A DNA stretch of 64,000 nt, taken from positions 95,479-159,478 of the forward strand of contig JBJOEZ010000001.1 of the NCBI GenBank assembly GCA_046048995.1. The letters are read 5' to 3'. The translations under genes and the position numbers were made by a program. This DNA comes from Verrucomicrobiota bacterium. Its GTDB lineage: Bacteria > Verrucomicrobiota > Verrucomicrobiia > Limisphaerales > JADJPG01. How positions within the stretch are numbered: position 1 is the stretch's first letter; the number at the start of each line of letters is the position of its first letter. The notes under the pieces were generated by a model. The model saw nothing but the letters and a program-made list of their open reading frames with translations. It had not been told where the DNA came from and made no database searches. Positions 39,090 to 50,301 of the stretch are shown here, piece by piece.

Positions 39090-41666
39090 TCAGTTCACGA
39101 AGGCGGTCTCGTTGGCCAGCATGAGGGCGTGGGCGTATTCGGCCCAGGCGTTGAGGGGACGGACATCGCGCGCGCCGGCCTGGCGGGCGGCGGCGGCGGC
39201 CAGGGCCGCCTCGCGCTTGGCCTTCAACCCCGGGTCGGTCCGGAAGGGGATGACCTTGTCCGGCCTGCCGCCGGGGGCGGCCGCCACCGGGCGGGCGGGC
39301 GTCGGCCGGTCCTCCGGCGTGGCGGCGTCGGCCACGAACTCGAGGCCCAGTTGCAGTTCCTCCGGGCGGGGCGGGCGCTGGTAAAGGATGGCGTAGAGGC
39401 GGCGGATGCGGTCCTCGTCGGTGCGGCAGGCCTTCACGTCCGGGCGTTCCACGAGGTGGCGGGCCTGCTCGACCACCAGCGGGCTGTTCATGAGATACAG
39501 GGCCTGCTGGGGCACGGTGGTCTGGTGCCGCTTGCCGGTCGGGAGGTCGGGGGTGGCAAAGTCGAAGTGGTTGAACACCTCGGGCAGATCGCTGCGGTCG
39601 ACCAGGCCATAGACGGTGCGCCGGGTGGTGTAGCCAATATCGATGGCCCGGCGGCTGGGCTCGAGGGCCACCGCAATCATGCGGTTCCGCCCCGTGCCGC
39701 TGGCCAGGGGCACCGGCTTGCCATACATGTTGGTGTCCAGGCGGCCCCCAAAGGCGAGCAGGGAGTCCCGCAGCGGTTCAAACTCGAGCCGGCGAAGGTT
39801 CGCCCGCCACAGCAGCTTGTTGAACGGGTCCACCCGGGCGTGCCGGGCGTTGTCCGCGCTGGCCTGCTGATAGGTCGCCGAGGTCATGATCAGCCGGTGC
39901 ATGGCCTTGACTGACCACCCGCCCTGCATGAAACGCCCGGCCAGGTAATCGAGCAACTCCGGGTGCGTCGGCGCGGCCCCCATCGTCCCGAAGTCGTCCG
40001 GGGTGGCCACCAGGCCGACCCCGAAATGGTGCTGCCAGAGGCGGTTGACCATGACGCGGGCAGTCAGCGGGTTGGACTCGCTGGCGATGGCGTTGGCCAG
40101 TTCCAGGCGCCCGCTGCCCAGGGTGAAGCGGGGACGGTTGGGCCCGGACAAAATCTCGAGGAACCGGCGCGGCACCACCTCCCCCTTGTTCTCCGCCTCG
40201 CCCCGGATGAAGACGGGGGAATCCTTCGGGCGCGGGTTGTCCACCAGGGTCATGGCCCGCATCGGGGACCCCGCATGGGTCAGGTCGAGCGCATCCACCC
40301 GGCTCAGGACCTGGATGCGTTCCCGGATCAACTGCTGGCGCTCCCGGTTGTCGAGTTTGCGCGCCCCCACGCGCAGCTTTTCCTCCACCCCGGTGACCTC
40401 CTTCTCCAGCGCCATGCGCTTCTTGTAGTAGTCCGCGTAGTCCGGGTTCCGGGTCGGATCCCCCACGATCGGCATGATGTCCGGCTCCGTCGAACTGGCG
40501 AAGACCCCGTGCAGCGAGTAATAGTCGCGCGTTGGAATGGGGTCGAACATGTGGTCGTGGCAGCGGGCGCAGCTCACGGTCAGGCCCAGGAATCCCTTCG
40601 TCACCACGTCAATCCGGTCATTGATGATGTCGTTGGCGTTGTTCTGGAACCGCTCCCCCACCGTCAGGAAACCCATCGCCGCCAGCATCGACTTGTCCCG
40701 GGCCGACGCCGGCAGTTTGTCGGCCGCCAACTGTTCCAGGATGAAGCGGTCATACGGCTTGTCCTCGTTGAACGACCGGATGACGTAATCCCGGTAGGTC
40801 CAGGCAAAGGGATACGTGGGTGTGTCGCGCTGGCGCCGGATGTCCCCCTTGGTGTCCGAATAACGGGCCACGTCCAGCCAGTGCCGCCCCCAGCGCTCCC
40901 CATACCGCGGCGAGGCCAGCAGGCGGTCAACCACCCGGGCAAAGGCGTCCGGGGACGGGTCCGCCACAAAGGCCTCCGTCTCCTCCGGGGTCGGCGGCAG
41001 GCCAATCAGGTCGTAGGTCGCCCGCCGAATCAGGGTGCGGCGGTCGGCCGCCGCGGAAGGATGCAGGCCGGCGGCGGCCAGCTTCTCCCCGATGAAGGCA
41101 TCAATGGGATGCCGGGAGGCCAACCCCGCCACGGCCGGCACCTGCGGCTCCCGCACCGGCTGGAAGGCCCAGTGGTCCTTCCCATCCGCCTTGGCCTGGG
41201 CGCGCGCGGCGCCTCCCGGCGGGCCCGTGCGCGGATCCGGCGCCCCCATCTTGACCCACGCCACCAGGTCCGCGATCTGCGCGTCGGTCAGCTTCTCGCC
41301 CTTGGGTGGCATCTGCAGGTCCGGATCCGCCTGGCGGACGGCCTTGATGAGCAGGCTCTTGTCCGGATCCCCAGGCACGATGGCCGGGCCGCTGTCGCCG
41401 CCCTTGAGCAGGCCATCGCGGGTGTCGAGGAGGAGTCCGCCCTTCACCTTGAGGCCCTCGCTGCCATGGCACTTGTAGCAGTGCCGGGACAGCACGGGAC
41501 GGATCTTCGACTCGAAGAATTCCGTTTGCTGCGGCGTGAGCGCCGCGGGGGACGGGGCGCCGTGCGCGGGGAGCACCGCGGCCGCCGCGGCCGCCGTCGC
41601 CGCGAGGCCGCCCAGCCACTGGCGCCGCCAGGCGGCCCGGATCGGCAAAAGGGGGCGTGGGCTCAT
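39090..41666 (-). CDS. Planctomycete cytochrome c (PSCyt1) + DUF1549 + DUF1553 (PSD1) protein
   Basis: [73 protein letters not shown]. Confidence 0.93.
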   Translation of the reverse strand: MSPRPLLPIRAAWRRQWLGGLAATAAAAAAVLPAHGAPSPAALTPQQTEFFESKIRPVLSRHCYKCHGSEGLKVKGGLLLDTRDGLLKGGDSGPAIVPGDPDKSLLIKAVRQADPDLQMPPKGEKLTDAQIADLVAWVKMGAPDPRTGPPGGAARAQAKADGKDHWAFQPVREPQVPAVAGLASRHPIDAFIGEKLAAAGLHPSAAADRRTLIRRATYDLIGLPPTPEETEAFVADPSPDAFARVVDRLLASPRYGERWGRHWLDVARYSDTKGDIRRQRDTPTYPFAWTYRDYVIRSFNEDKPYDRFILEQLAADKLPASARDKSMLAAMGFLTVGERFQNNANDIINDRIDVVTKGFLGLTVSCARCHDHMFDPIPTRDYYSLHGVFASSTEPDIMPIVGDPTRNPDYADYYKKRMALEKEVTGVEEKLRVGARKLDNRERQQLIRERIQVLSRVDALDLTHAGSPMRAMTLVDNPRPKDSPVFIRGEAENKGEVVPRRFLEILSGPNRPRFTLGSGRLELANAIASESNPLTARVMVNRLWQHHFGVGLVATPDDFGTMGAAPTHPELLDYLAGRFMQGGWSVKAMHRLIMTSATYQQASADNARHARVDPFNKLLWRANLRRLEFEPLRDSLLAFGGRLDTNMYGKPVPLASGTGRNRMIAVALEPSRRAIDIGYTTRRTVYGLVDRSDLPEVFNHFDFATPDLPTGKRHQTTVPQQALYLMNSPLVVEQARHLVERPDVKACRTDEDRIRRLYAILYQRPPRPEELQLGLEFVADAATPEDRPTPARPVAAAPGGRPDKVIPFRTDPGLKAKREAALAAAAARQAGARDVRPLNAWAEYAHALMLANETAFVN

Positions 41667-43126
41667 GCGAGGATGCCTTTCACCACGTCGCCCGCCACGT
41701 CGGTCAGGCGGAAGTCCCGGCCGTTGTAGCGGAAGGTCAGCTTCTCGTGGTCGAAGCCCAGCAGGTGCAGGAGGGTGGCGTGCAGGTCATGCACGTGGAC
41801 CCGGTTGGTCACCGCGCTGGCCCCGAACTCGTCGGTGGCGCCATAGATCGTCCCGCCCTTGACCCCGCCGCCCGCCAGCCAGGTGGTGAAGGCCTTGTTG
41901 TTGTGATCGCGGCCGGGGTTGTCGCCGCCGTTGCGGTCCCGGGTCGGCTTGCGCCCGAACTCGCCGCCCCACATCACCAGCGTGCTGTCGAGGAGCCCGC
42001 GGTCCTTCAGGTCCTTCAGGAACGCCGCCAGCGGCGCGTCGATTTCGCCCGCGCTCCGGGGCAGGCGTTCCTCGATGTCCTGGTGGTGGTCCCAGCCGCC
42101 GGCCCAGACCTGCACCATGCGCACCCCGCGCTCAATCAGGCGGCGGGCAATCAGCAACTGCACGCCCTGGGCCGTCCTTCCGTAGAGGTTCCGGACGTGT
42201 TCCGGCTCGCGGCTGACATCGAAGGCGTCCGTCGCCTCCGCCTGCATCTTGTAGGCCATCTCGAACGACTCGATGCGGGCCTCCAGTTGCTCGTCCTTCT
42301 GGAGGTTCTGGGAATGGAGGGCATTGAGCTTGTGGACGAGGTCGAGCTGCTTGCGCTGCTCCTTCACCCCGAGGAAGGGGTTGCGGATGTTCTCCACCAT
42401 CTGCTCCACGGAGGGGCTCTTGGTGTTGATGCTGGTGCCCTGGAACAGCCCGGGCAGGAAGGAGGCCTGCCAGTTGGTGGCGCCGCCGGGCGGGGTGTTG
42501 CCCGGGCGCAGGGAAATGAAGCCCGGCATGTTCTGGTTCTCCGTGCCGAGGCCGTAATAGACCCACGAACCCAGGCTGGGCCGCGAGAAGCGCAGGGACC
42601 CCGTGTTCATGAACATGGTGGCCACGTCATGGGCCGGGATGTCCGTGTAGCAGGACCGGATCACGGCCAGGTCATCGACGTGCGCCGCCAGCTTGGAGAA
42701 GACCTCGCTGACCTCGATGCCGGCCCGGCCGTATTTGCGGAACTGGAAGGGCGAACCGTAGGCCACCCCGTTGCCGCCGGGGATGGCTTTCCCGTTCTGG
42801 CGGGTGAGGGCGGGCTTGGGATCCCAGGTGTCCACCTGCGAAGGCGCTCCCTGGGCAAAGATGTGCACCAGGTGCCTGGCCTTGGCCGGGAAATGGGGCT
42901 TGCGCGGGGCCATGGGGTTCTGGCCGAGGTCCACGCCGGTGCCCGCCGCGAGGGCGCGAGCCGGGCCCACCAGGCTGTCCCCCAGCAGGGTGGCCAGGCC
43001 CAGGGCCCCCATCCCCATGCCGAACCGGTTCAGGAAGGCCCGGCGGGTCAGGCAGAGATCCTCCGGCTGCAGGGTGTGGTTGCGGATGAACTCAGGATCG
43101 AACTGGTGGGGCTCGGGTCGGCTCAT
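41663..43126 (-). CDS. DUF1501 family protein (Tat signal, sulfatase-like fold)
   Basis: [52 protein letters not shown]. Confidence 0.93.
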   Translation of the reverse strand: MSRPEPHQFDPEFIRNHTLQPEDLCLTRRAFLNRFGMGMGALGLATLLGDSLVGPARALAAGTGVDLGQNPMAPRKPHFPAKARHLVHIFAQGAPSQVDTWDPKPALTRQNGKAIPGGNGVAYGSPFQFRKYGRAGIEVSEVFSKLAAHVDDLAVIRSCYTDIPAHDVATMFMNTGSLRFSRPSLGSWVYYGLGTENQNMPGFISLRPGNTPPGGATNWQASFLPGLFQGTSINTKSPSVEQMVENIRNPFLGVKEQRKQLDLVHKLNALHSQNLQKDEQLEARIESFEMAYKMQAEATDAFDVSREPEHVRNLYGRTAQGVQLLIARRLIERGVRMVQVWAGGWDHHQDIEERLPRSAGEIDAPLAAFLKDLKDRGLLDSTLVMWGGEFGRKPTRDRNGGDNPGRDHNNKAFTTWLAGGGVKGGTIYGATDEFGASAVTNRVHVHDLHATLLHLLGFDHEKLTFRYNGRDFRLTDVAGDVVKGILA

Positions 43127-43329
43127 GGCGGTGGTCGGTTGAAACGGGGCCAGATCAGCGGCGCGTCAGACGGGCTTGGTCCCGGAAGGTATCAGGAAAG
43201 TCCCGCTATCCCATCGGAATTTTCAGCCCATCCCCGCAGGGGGCGGGTCGCCGCCCCCGCCCACCCGCCCGGGCCGACGGGGTATTTGGTTGCCCGCGCG
43301 CGGCGCCCCCACCCAAAATGGCCCCCGGC

Positions 43330-44124
43330 ATGCTCCAGTATCACCAATTGCTCCGCCTCGTCCTTGACGAGGGGAAGTTCAAGGCCGACCGCACCGGCAC
43401 CGGCACCTACTCGGTCTTTGGCGCCCAGGCCCGCTTTCCGCTGGGCGACGGGTTCCCGCTGCTCACCACCAAGAAGCTGCACCTCAAGTCGATCCTCCAT
43501 GAGCTGCTCTGGTTCCTGCGCGGCGACACCAACGTCAAGTACCTCAAGGACCATGGGGTGACCATCTGGGACGAGTGGGCGGACGCCCAAGGCAACCTCG
43601 GGCGCGTCTACGGCGCCCAGTGGTGCGACTGGCGAACCGCCGACGGGCGGTCCATCCACCAGATCGACCGCGTCATCGAGCAGATCCGGACCAATCCCGA
43701 CAGCCGCCGGCTCATCGTGAGCGCATGGAACGTGGGCGAGATCGAGCAAATGGCCCTGCCGCCGTGCCACACCTTGTTCCAGTTCTTTGTGCAGGACGGC
43801 GCGTTGTCCTGCCAGCTCTACCAGCGCAGCGCCGACCTGTTCCTTGGGGTGCCCTTCAACATCGCCTCCTATGCCCTGCTCACCCTGATGGTGGCCCAGG
43901 TGACCGGGCTCCGGCCGGGGACGTTCGTGCACACCTTCGGGGATCTGCACCTCTACGCCAACCACCTCGAACAGGCCAAACTGCAACTGACCCGCGAGCC
44001 CCGTCCGCTCCCGCAGATGCGCCTCAACCCGGCGGTGCGGAACATCCATGACTTCAAGTACGAGGACTTCGAGCTGGTCGGCTACGACCCCCATCCATCG
44101 ATCAAGGCGCCCATCGCGGTGTAA
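43330..44124 (+). CDS. thyA: Thymidylate synthase
   Basis: [44 protein letters not shown]. Confidence 0.97.
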   Translation: MLQYHQLLRLVLDEGKFKADRTGTGTYSVFGAQARFPLGDGFPLLTTKKLHLKSILHELLWFLRGDTNVKYLKDHGVTIWDEWADAQGNLGRVYGAQWCDWRTADGRSIHQIDRVIEQIRTNPDSRRLIVSAWNVGEIEQMALPPCHTLFQFFVQDGALSCQLYQRSADLFLGVPFNIASYALLTLMVAQVTGLRPGTFVHTFGDLHLYANHLEQAKLQLTREPRPLPQMRLNPAVRNIHDFKYEDFELVGYDPHPSIKAPIAV

Positions 44125-44185
44125 GGGGGGCGGACGGGCTGGGGGAAGTTGGAACCCCAACACCCTCGTCGCAGCAAACAAAGCC

Positions 44186-44214
44186 TTGAAGCAAATCCCC
44201 GGCCTGCCTAGCCT
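44186..44214 (+). promoter_or_regulatory. Sigma70-type promoter of tRNA-Val
   Basis: TTGAAG-17 bp-TAGCCT just upstream of the tRNA. Confidence 0.5.
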
Positions 44215-44227
44215 GTTCCCTGCGGTT

Positions 44228-44302
44228 GCACGCTTAGCTCAGCGGTAGAGCACATCCTTCACACGGATGGGGTCGCAGGTTCGAAACCTGCAGCGTGCAC
44301 CA
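44228..44302 (+). tRNA. tRNA-Val (anticodon CAC)
   Basis: Acceptor stem GCACGCT/AGCGTGC plus ACCA, D arm TAGCTCAGCGGTAGAGC, anticodon arm CATCC-TTCACAC-GGATG, T arm GCAGG-TTCGAAA-CCTGC. Confidence 0.97.
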
Positions 44303-44362
44303 TCCTGCCGCCGCCTTCCCCCTCCCGTCCGCCCTCCCCCCCGGGAGGAGATTTCGGCGCCC

Positions 44363-44845
44363 CTACTGATCCCACAACGGCGCCAGGTCGGGATCCTCCA
44401 GGGCCTGGGCCCGGATGGCCTTGCGGTCCCCGAGTTTCATGGATTGGGCAAGCCAGTCACGGGCCCCGGTGAGGTCTCCCAGCTGGCAGCAGTAGCAGGC
44501 GAGGTTGTAGGGGAAGATCCATTCCTTGGGAAACCGGTCGATGACCTTGAGCAGGGTCTGGTGGGCTTCCTGGGTGCGCCGCAGTTCGTGCAGGGCATAG
44601 GCGAGGTTCACCCACGAGGTGGGGTATTCAGGGGCCCGGGTGGTCAGGGCGCGGGCGACCTCCACGCAGTCGGTCCACGACTTGGCCCGCGCCAGGATGT
44701 TCCAGCGAACCTCAAGGACGGCCGGATGGCTGCGGGCGGCGGCCGGCAGGGCTTCCAGCTCCGCCTCGGCCTCGTCGGGGTTGCCCAGCTCGAGCCAGCC
44801 CTGGGCGGCACGCAGCCGGTGCAGTTCGGTCGCGGTCAGTTCCAC
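44363..44845 (-). CDS. Small TPR protein
   Basis: AAQGWLELGN, WVNLAYALHEL, YNLACYCCQLG...EDPDL. Confidence 0.8.
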   Translation of the reverse strand: MELTATELHRLRAAQGWLELGNPDEAEAELEALPAAARSHPAVLEVRWNILARAKSWTDCVEVARALTTRAPEYPTSWVNLAYALHELRRTQEAHQTLLKVIDRFPKEWIFPYNLACYCCQLGDLTGARDWLAQSMKLGDRKAIRAQALEDPDLAPLWDQ

Positions 44846-44986
44846 GCCCCTTTTTGGTGCGGGAAAGGCGGCGCGTCAACCATGGGGGCGGGGGAGGGCG
44901 CCGCCCTGCTTGACGGCCCCGGCGCGAAGCGGTTCCCTGTGGGCACCGCAGGTGGCTTCCCCGGTTTCCCTGGCCATCCACGCCCC

Positions 44987-47900
44987 ATGTCCCAATCCCT
45001 CGAAGAACTCCTCGAACAAAGCCGCGCCGAGCTGCTCGACCTTTCCACGCGCAACCGGCTGCTTGCCCTGCCTGGACCCGGCCGTGCCGCCAAGGTCCTC
45101 CACGTGCGTGATGAGCGCAGCGCCGAGGTCTACCGCCTGCTCGTGACCGAGGGGAAGGCGCTGTCCTTCCTGCCGGGCCGTCCCCCGGCCGTCCCCGCCG
45201 CCGCGCCGGGGGGGGTGGATGTCCTGGACGCGGCGGCGGAGTCCAAGGCCGAGGACACGGAGGAGACCGGCCTGCCCCAGCCGGAGGAGCAGGAAGAGAT
45301 CCCGTCCGGCGGCCCGGCCCGGCGCCATGTCGACAGCCGGCTGCAGACCGCCCTCAGCCCCGAAGCCCTGCAGACCCGCCTGCTGTCGCTCTACCGCGAC
45401 GCGCGCACGATGCTCGAGGAGCAGGGTGTCAACATCCTCTACCTGGCCCTGGGGCAGCTGGTGTGGTTCGAGGCGGACAAACCCGCGACGCCGCGCCTGG
45501 CCCCGCTGGTGCTGGTGCCGGTTGCGCTCGGGCGCCGCACCGCCGCGGACCGGTTCTTCATCCAGTGGCTGGGCGAGGAGGTGCAGGAGAACCTGTCCCT
45601 GCGGGCCAAGCTGCAGCAGGACTTCGGCCTCGAGCTGCCGGCGTTTCCCGTGGATGAGGAGTTTGACCTGCCGGCCTACCTGCAGGCGGTGGCCGGGGCC
45701 GTGCAGGGCCAGCCGGGCTGGGAAGTCCGGCCGGACGGCATGGCGCTGGGCTTCTTTTCCTTTGCGAAGTTTCTCATGTACCGGGACCTGGACCCCGCCT
45801 GCTGGCCGGAGGACCGCGGCCTGCTGGCGCATCCCCTGGTCGCAGGCCTCCTCCGCGACGGGTTCCCCGCGGCCGAGCCTTCCCTGTCCGAGGCGGCGTC
45901 ATTGGACGAGGCCATCCCGGTGACCCGCCTGGACCATGTCGTGGACGCGGACTCCTCGCAGACGCTGGCCATCGAGGCCGTGCGCGAGGGCCGCAGCCTG
46001 GTCATCCAGGGTCCGCCCGGCACCGGCAAGAGCCAGTCCATCTGCAATCTCATTGCCACCGCCGTGCTGGATGGGAAGCGGGTGTTGTTCGTCTCCGAGA
46101 AGCTGGCCGCGCTGGAAGTGGTCCAGCGCCGGCTGCAGCGCGAGGGCCTGGGCGACTTGTGCCTGGAACTGCACAGCCACAAATCCAACAAGCGGGCGGT
46201 GCTGGAGGAGATCGCGCGCACGTGGCAGCTCACGCCCCCGAGGGACACCGGGCTGGAGGCGCTGGTGCCGAGGCTGGAGCGGCGACGCGAGGGGTTGAAC
46301 CGGCATGTGCAGCTGCTGCACGAGAGCCGGTTGCCCAGTGGCCTCAATCCCTATGCCGTGCTCGGCGGGCTGGCGCGCCTGGGTCGCCAGGGCGAGACGG
46401 CCGCCGCCGGCGTGGAGTTCCCGGACGCCCTGGCCTGGACCCGCGAAGACCTGGAGGAGCGCCGCCAGTGGGTGGCCGGCCTGGCCGGGCGCATCGCGGC
46501 CATGGGGTTGCCCGCCGCGCACCCGTGGCGCGGCGTCACCTGCCCGGTCGTGCTCAACACCGACCTGCCCGCCCTCGGGGATCGCATCCGATCCCTGGTC
46601 GAGGCGGTGGCCGCCCTGCGCGAGGCGGCGGGGTTGCTGGCGGCCGGCCTCGGACAACCGGCGGTGGAAACCGTGCAGGCCATCCAGCAACTGGTGCGGG
46701 TCGGGCAGCATGTGGGCACCGCACCGGCGGTCGATCGCCAGGCGCTGGTCCACGGGGTCTGGGACGCCGGCCTGGAGGGGTTGCAGGATCTGCTGGCGGA
46801 AGGGGAGAAGTTCCGGCAGGCCACGGCCGCGTTGGAGGGCCGGGTCACCGAGGTGGCGTGGGAGCAGGACCTGGCCCCGGCCCGCGCCCAGATCGCGGCG
46901 CACGGGGGTTCCTGGCTGCGGTTCCTGAACGGCGACTACCGGCGCGCGCTGGCGGCCCTGCGCGGGGTGGCGGTGGGGCCCTTGCCCAAGGGACTTGAGG
47001 CGCGCCTGGCGCTGGCGGACTCGCTGGTGGCCGGGCAGCGGGCCCTGCGCGCGCTGCAGGCCGGGGACAGCCTGGGGCAGGCGGCGTTTGGGTCGCTGTG
47101 GCGGCGCGAGCGCACGGCCTGGGCGCAGGCGGGGGCGGTGCTAGACTGGGTCCGGCACCAGCGCGAGGCGGGCCTGGGCGGCGAGTTCCGGCGCGTGTTT
47201 GCGGGGGTGACGGACCCGGCGCGCGTGGCGGAACTGGCGCGGGGTTGCGCGGAGGCGCTGCGGGTGGCGCAGGAGCGTTGGGAGGGCTTGGGCCGGCTGT
47301 TGCAGCTCGATTACGGGGCGGCCTTTGGGGTGGCGGAGCCCGGACAGGTGCCCCTGGCCACGCTGGCCGAGCGGGCCGCCCGCTGGATGGAGGCCCTCGA
47401 GGAATTGTCGCGCTGGAACCAGTATCATGCCCAGGCCGGGCGGGCGCGGGCGGCGGGTTGCGCGGCGCTGGTGGAGCGGCTGGAGGACGGTCGGGTGCCG
47501 GCCGGGGAGGCGGCGGTCGTCTTTGACCGGATCTACCTGACCCAGGCGGTGCGGGAGTTCATGCGGCGGCACCCGGAGCTGGCGCAGTTCGACGGGGTGC
47601 AGCACGAGCAGCACCGCGACGAGTTCCGGCAGCTGGACCGGGAACGCCTGCGGCTGTCGCGTTACCGGGTGCTGGCGGCGCATGCGGACGGGCTGCCCGC
47701 CGGGGGCGGGGTGGGTCCGGCCGGGATTGTGCAGGGGGAGATGGAGCGCAAGCGCGGGCATCGCCCGGTGCGGCGGCTGCTGGCCGACGCGGGTTCCATT
47801 GTGCAGGCGATCAAGCCGGTCTTCATGATGAGCCCGTTGTCCGTGGCGCAGTTCCTGGCCCCGGGGGCGGTGGAGTTTGATTTGCTGGTCATTGACGAGG

Positions 47901-49795
47901 CCAGCCAGGTCCAGCCGGTGGACGCGCTGGGCGCCATCGCCCGTTGCCGGCAGATCGTGGTGGTGGGGGACAGCCGGCAGCTGCCGCCCACGCGGTTCTT
48001 TTCGCGCATGACCTCCAATGCGCCCGGGCCGGAGGCGGAGGACGAGTCCGGGGCGGCCCAGGTGGCCGACCTGGAAAGCATCCTGGGCCTGTGCCTGGCG
48101 CGCGGGTTGCCGCAGCGGATGCTGCGCTGGCATTACCGCAGCCGGCATCACTCGCTGATTGCCGTGTCCAACCGCGAGTTCTACGACAGCCGCCTGTTCA
48201 TTGTCCCCAGCCCCCAGGCGGCTGCCGCCCACCTCGGCCTGCGCTTTCATCCGGTGCCCGACGGCGTGTTCGACAGCGGCGGCACCGGCAGCAACCGGGT
48301 CGAGGCCCGCGCGGTCGCCCAGGCCGTCCTCGAGCACGCGCGCCGCGATCCCGGACTCAGCCTTGGCGTGGCCGCCTTCTCGGTCGCCCAGCAGCAGGCC
48401 ATCCTCGATGAACTCGAGCTGCTCCGGCGCGCCCATCCCGGCACGGAACCCTTCTTCACCGCCCACCCGGACGAGCCCTTTTTCGTGAAGAACCTCGAGA
48501 ACGTCCAGGGCGACGAGCGCGACGTGATCTTCATCTCCGTCGGCTACGGCCGGAACGCCCAGGGCGAGTTCTTCATGCGGTTTGGGCCGCTTGGCCAGGC
48601 GGGTGGCGAACGCCGGTTGAATGTGCTCATCACCCGCGCCAAGCGGCGCTGCGAGGTGTTCTCCTCGATCACGGCCGAGGACATCGACCTGGCGCGCGCG
48701 CCCGGCCGCGGGGTGGCCGCACTCAGGACGTTCCTGCACTACGCCCGGACCGGACAGCTGGACGCCACCACCGCCGCCGGGCCGGAGCCGGGCAGCGAAT
48801 TTGAGGAGGCCGTCCAGGCCGCGCTGACCGGCCTCGGGCACACGGTGGATCGCCGGGTGGGCGTGGCCGGGTTCTACGTGGATCTCGCCGTGCGCGATCC
48901 GCGCCAGCCGGGCCGTTACCTGGTGGGCATTGAGTGCGACGGCCCCACCTACCAGGCGTCCCGGTCCGCCCGGGACCGGGACCGGCTTCGCCAATCCGTG
49001 CTCGAGGGCATGGGATGGACGCTGCACCGCCTCTGGAGCACCGACTGGTTCCAGCGCCCGGAACACGAGCGGCGCCGGGTGCAGGAGGCCATCGAGCGGG
49101 CCCAATCCGGGCCCGCGCCGGGCGCGACGCTGGCCCCGCTCCCGGTGGTGCCGGCGGCGTCCGCGCCCCCGTCCCCCGCGGCGCCGGCGCCCATCCCGCG
49201 GGAGGCCGGGTCGTCGGCGCGCGGGGCGGACGACCTCGGCGGCTTCGCCCAGCCCTACCGCGAGGCGTCGTTTCGCGTGCCGTCCGGCCGGGATCCGCAC
49301 GAGCTCGATCTGCGGGAGATGGCGGACCTGGTGCTGCGCATCGTGCGGGCGGAGGGCCCGGTGCACGAGGAGGAGGTGGTGGTGCGCGTGCGCGACCTGT
49401 GGGGCCTGGGCCGGGCGGGCAGCCGGGTGCAGGACGCGGTGGCGGCAGCCATCCAGTCGCTGCGGCGCGACGGGCGTTGCCAGCAGGCGGAGGGATTCCT
49501 GCACGTGCCCGGGGAACCCGTGGTGGTGCGCCGCCGGGATGACGTGTCGTCGCCCGGCCTGCGCAAGCCCGAGCTGCTGCCGCCCGCGGAAATCGCCGCG
49601 GCCATCCTGGCGCTGATTGACGCGCACCACGGGGCCACGACGGAGGAACTGCCGACTGCGGTGGCGCGCGTGTTCGGGTTCAAGTCCACCAGCCCCCTGC
49701 TGCGGGCCGCCGTCGAGGACGCCACCGCCACCCTGCGGGCCGGCGGCGTGCTCAGCGAGTCCGGCGGCATGCTCAAGCGGTCGACCCCGGCCTGA
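44987..49795 (+). CDS. DUF4011 + SF1 (UPF1/DNA2-like) helicase + Vsr-like endonuclease + DUF3320 protein (HheA-like, putative anti-phage)
   Basis: LLDLSTRNRLL, QGPPGTGKSQ, IDEASQ, GDSRQLPP, WHYRS, ENVQGDERD, RLNVLITRA, GIECDG...RDRDRLRQ..LE..GW..HRLWSTDW, C-terminal winged-helix-like segments. Confidence 0.9.
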   Translation: MSQSLEELLEQSRAELLDLSTRNRLLALPGPGRAAKVLHVRDERSAEVYRLLVTEGKALSFLPGRPPAVPAAAPGGVDVLDAAAESKAEDTEETGLPQPEEQEEIPSGGPARRHVDSRLQTALSPEALQTRLLSLYRDARTMLEEQGVNILYLALGQLVWFEADKPATPRLAPLVLVPVALGRRTAADRFFIQWLGEEVQENLSLRAKLQQDFGLELPAFPVDEEFDLPAYLQAVAGAVQGQPGWEVRPDGMALGFFSFAKFLMYRDLDPACWPEDRGLLAHPLVAGLLRDGFPAAEPSLSEAASLDEAIPVTRLDHVVDADSSQTLAIEAVREGRSLVIQGPPGTGKSQSICNLIATAVLDGKRVLFVSEKLAALEVVQRRLQREGLGDLCLELHSHKSNKRAVLEEIARTWQLTPPRDTGLEALVPRLERRREGLNRHVQLLHESRLPSGLNPYAVLGGLARLGRQGETAAAGVEFPDALAWTREDLEERRQWVAGLAGRIAAMGLPAAHPWRGVTCPVVLNTDLPALGDRIRSLVEAVAALREAAGLLAAGLGQPAVETVQAIQQLVRVGQHVGTAPAVDRQALVHGVWDAGLEGLQDLLAEGEKFRQATAALEGRVTEVAWEQDLAPARAQIAAHGGSWLRFLNGDYRRALAALRGVAVGPLPKGLEARLALADSLVAGQRALRALQAGDSLGQAAFGSLWRRERTAWAQAGAVLDWVRHQREAGLGGEFRRVFAGVTDPARVAELARGCAEALRVAQERWEGLGRLLQLDYGAAFGVAEPGQVPLATLAERAARWMEALEELSRWNQYHAQAGRARAAGCAALVERLEDGRVPAGEAAVVFDRIYLTQAVREFMRRHPELAQFDGVQHEQHRDEFRQLDRERLRLSRYRVLAAHADGLPAGGGVGPAGIVQGEMERKRGHRPVRRLLADAGSIVQAIKPVFMMSPLSVAQFLAPGAVEFDLLVIDEASQVQPVDALGAIARCRQIVVVGDSRQLPPTRFFSRMTSNAPGPEAEDESGAAQVADLESILGLCLARGLPQRMLRWHYRSRHHSLIAVSNREFYDSRLFIVPSPQAAAAHLGLRFHPVPDGVFDSGGTGSNRVEARAVAQAVLEHARRDPGLSLGVAAFSVAQQQAILDELELLRRAHPGTEPFFTAHPDEPFFVKNLENVQGDERDVIFISVGYGRNAQGEFFMRFGPLGQAGGERRLNVLITRAKRRCEVFSSITAEDIDLARAPGRGVAALRTFLHYARTGQLDATTAAGPEPGSEFEEAVQAALTGLGHTVDRRVGVAGFYVDLAVRDPRQPGRYLVGIECDGPTYQASRSARDRDRLRQSVLEGMGWTLHRLWSTDWFQRPEHERRRVQEAIERAQSGPAPGATLAPLPVVPAASAPPSPAAPAPIPREAGSSARGADDLGGFAQPYREASFRVPSGRDPHELDLREMADLVLRIVRAEGPVHEEEVVVRVRDLWGLGRAGSRVQDAVAAAIQSLRRDGRCQQAEGFLHVPGEPVVVRRRDDVSSPGLRKPELLPPAEIAAAILALIDAHHGATTEELPTAVARVFGFKSTSPLLRAAVEDATATLRAGGVLSESGGMLKRSTPA

Positions 49796-49819
49796 GCGGC
49801 CTGCCGGCAACGGTCCGCG

Positions 49820-50239
49820 CTATGGCAGGTAGAGGCGGGGCACCAAGTGGCGGCCCACGATGAAGATGCCGGAAAGGACCGCGATCGCGAGGCCGGCGGC
49901 GAGGAAGGCGGCGGAGAGGCCGAACCGGTGGCCGAAGGAGAGGATGCGGCCCTCGTTGGTCCTGGGGTCGTAGGCCACCTTGATCCGTTCGCCCACGAAG
50001 AAACCGGCCGGTTGCGAGCTCCAGGAGCGGGTGAACTCATGTTCCTGCCCTTGCTTGTCCCGGAAGGTGACCCGGGGCTTGTAGGAGGTGCCCCCCTTGG
50101 ACCCGCGGGTGGCGATCAACTGGACCACCGTGCCTTCGGTGACCGTGGCGGCCTTGAGCCAGGTGTGCTCGCGCATGACGAGGGTGGTGCCGAGCACGCT
50201 GAGGGCGGCGCCGACCCAGAAAAGGATGTTCCAGACCAT
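49820..50239 (-). CDS. DUF3592-like membrane protein
   Basis: TM helix, TEGTVV...YKPRVTF...VGERIKVAYDP, TM helix. Confidence 0.75.
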   Translation of the reverse strand: MVWNILFWVGAALSVLGTTLVMREHTWLKAATVTEGTVVQLIATRGSKGGTSYKPRVTFRDKQGQEHEFTRSWSSQPAGFFVGERIKVAYDPRTNEGRILSFGHRFGLSAAFLAAGLAIAVLSGIFIVGRHLVPRLYLP

Positions 50240-50301
50240 GGGGGGAAGAGGGTGGATGGTTGGGCGCCATTAAGCACCCTCGGCCGGGTTCCGGCAAGGG
50301 C

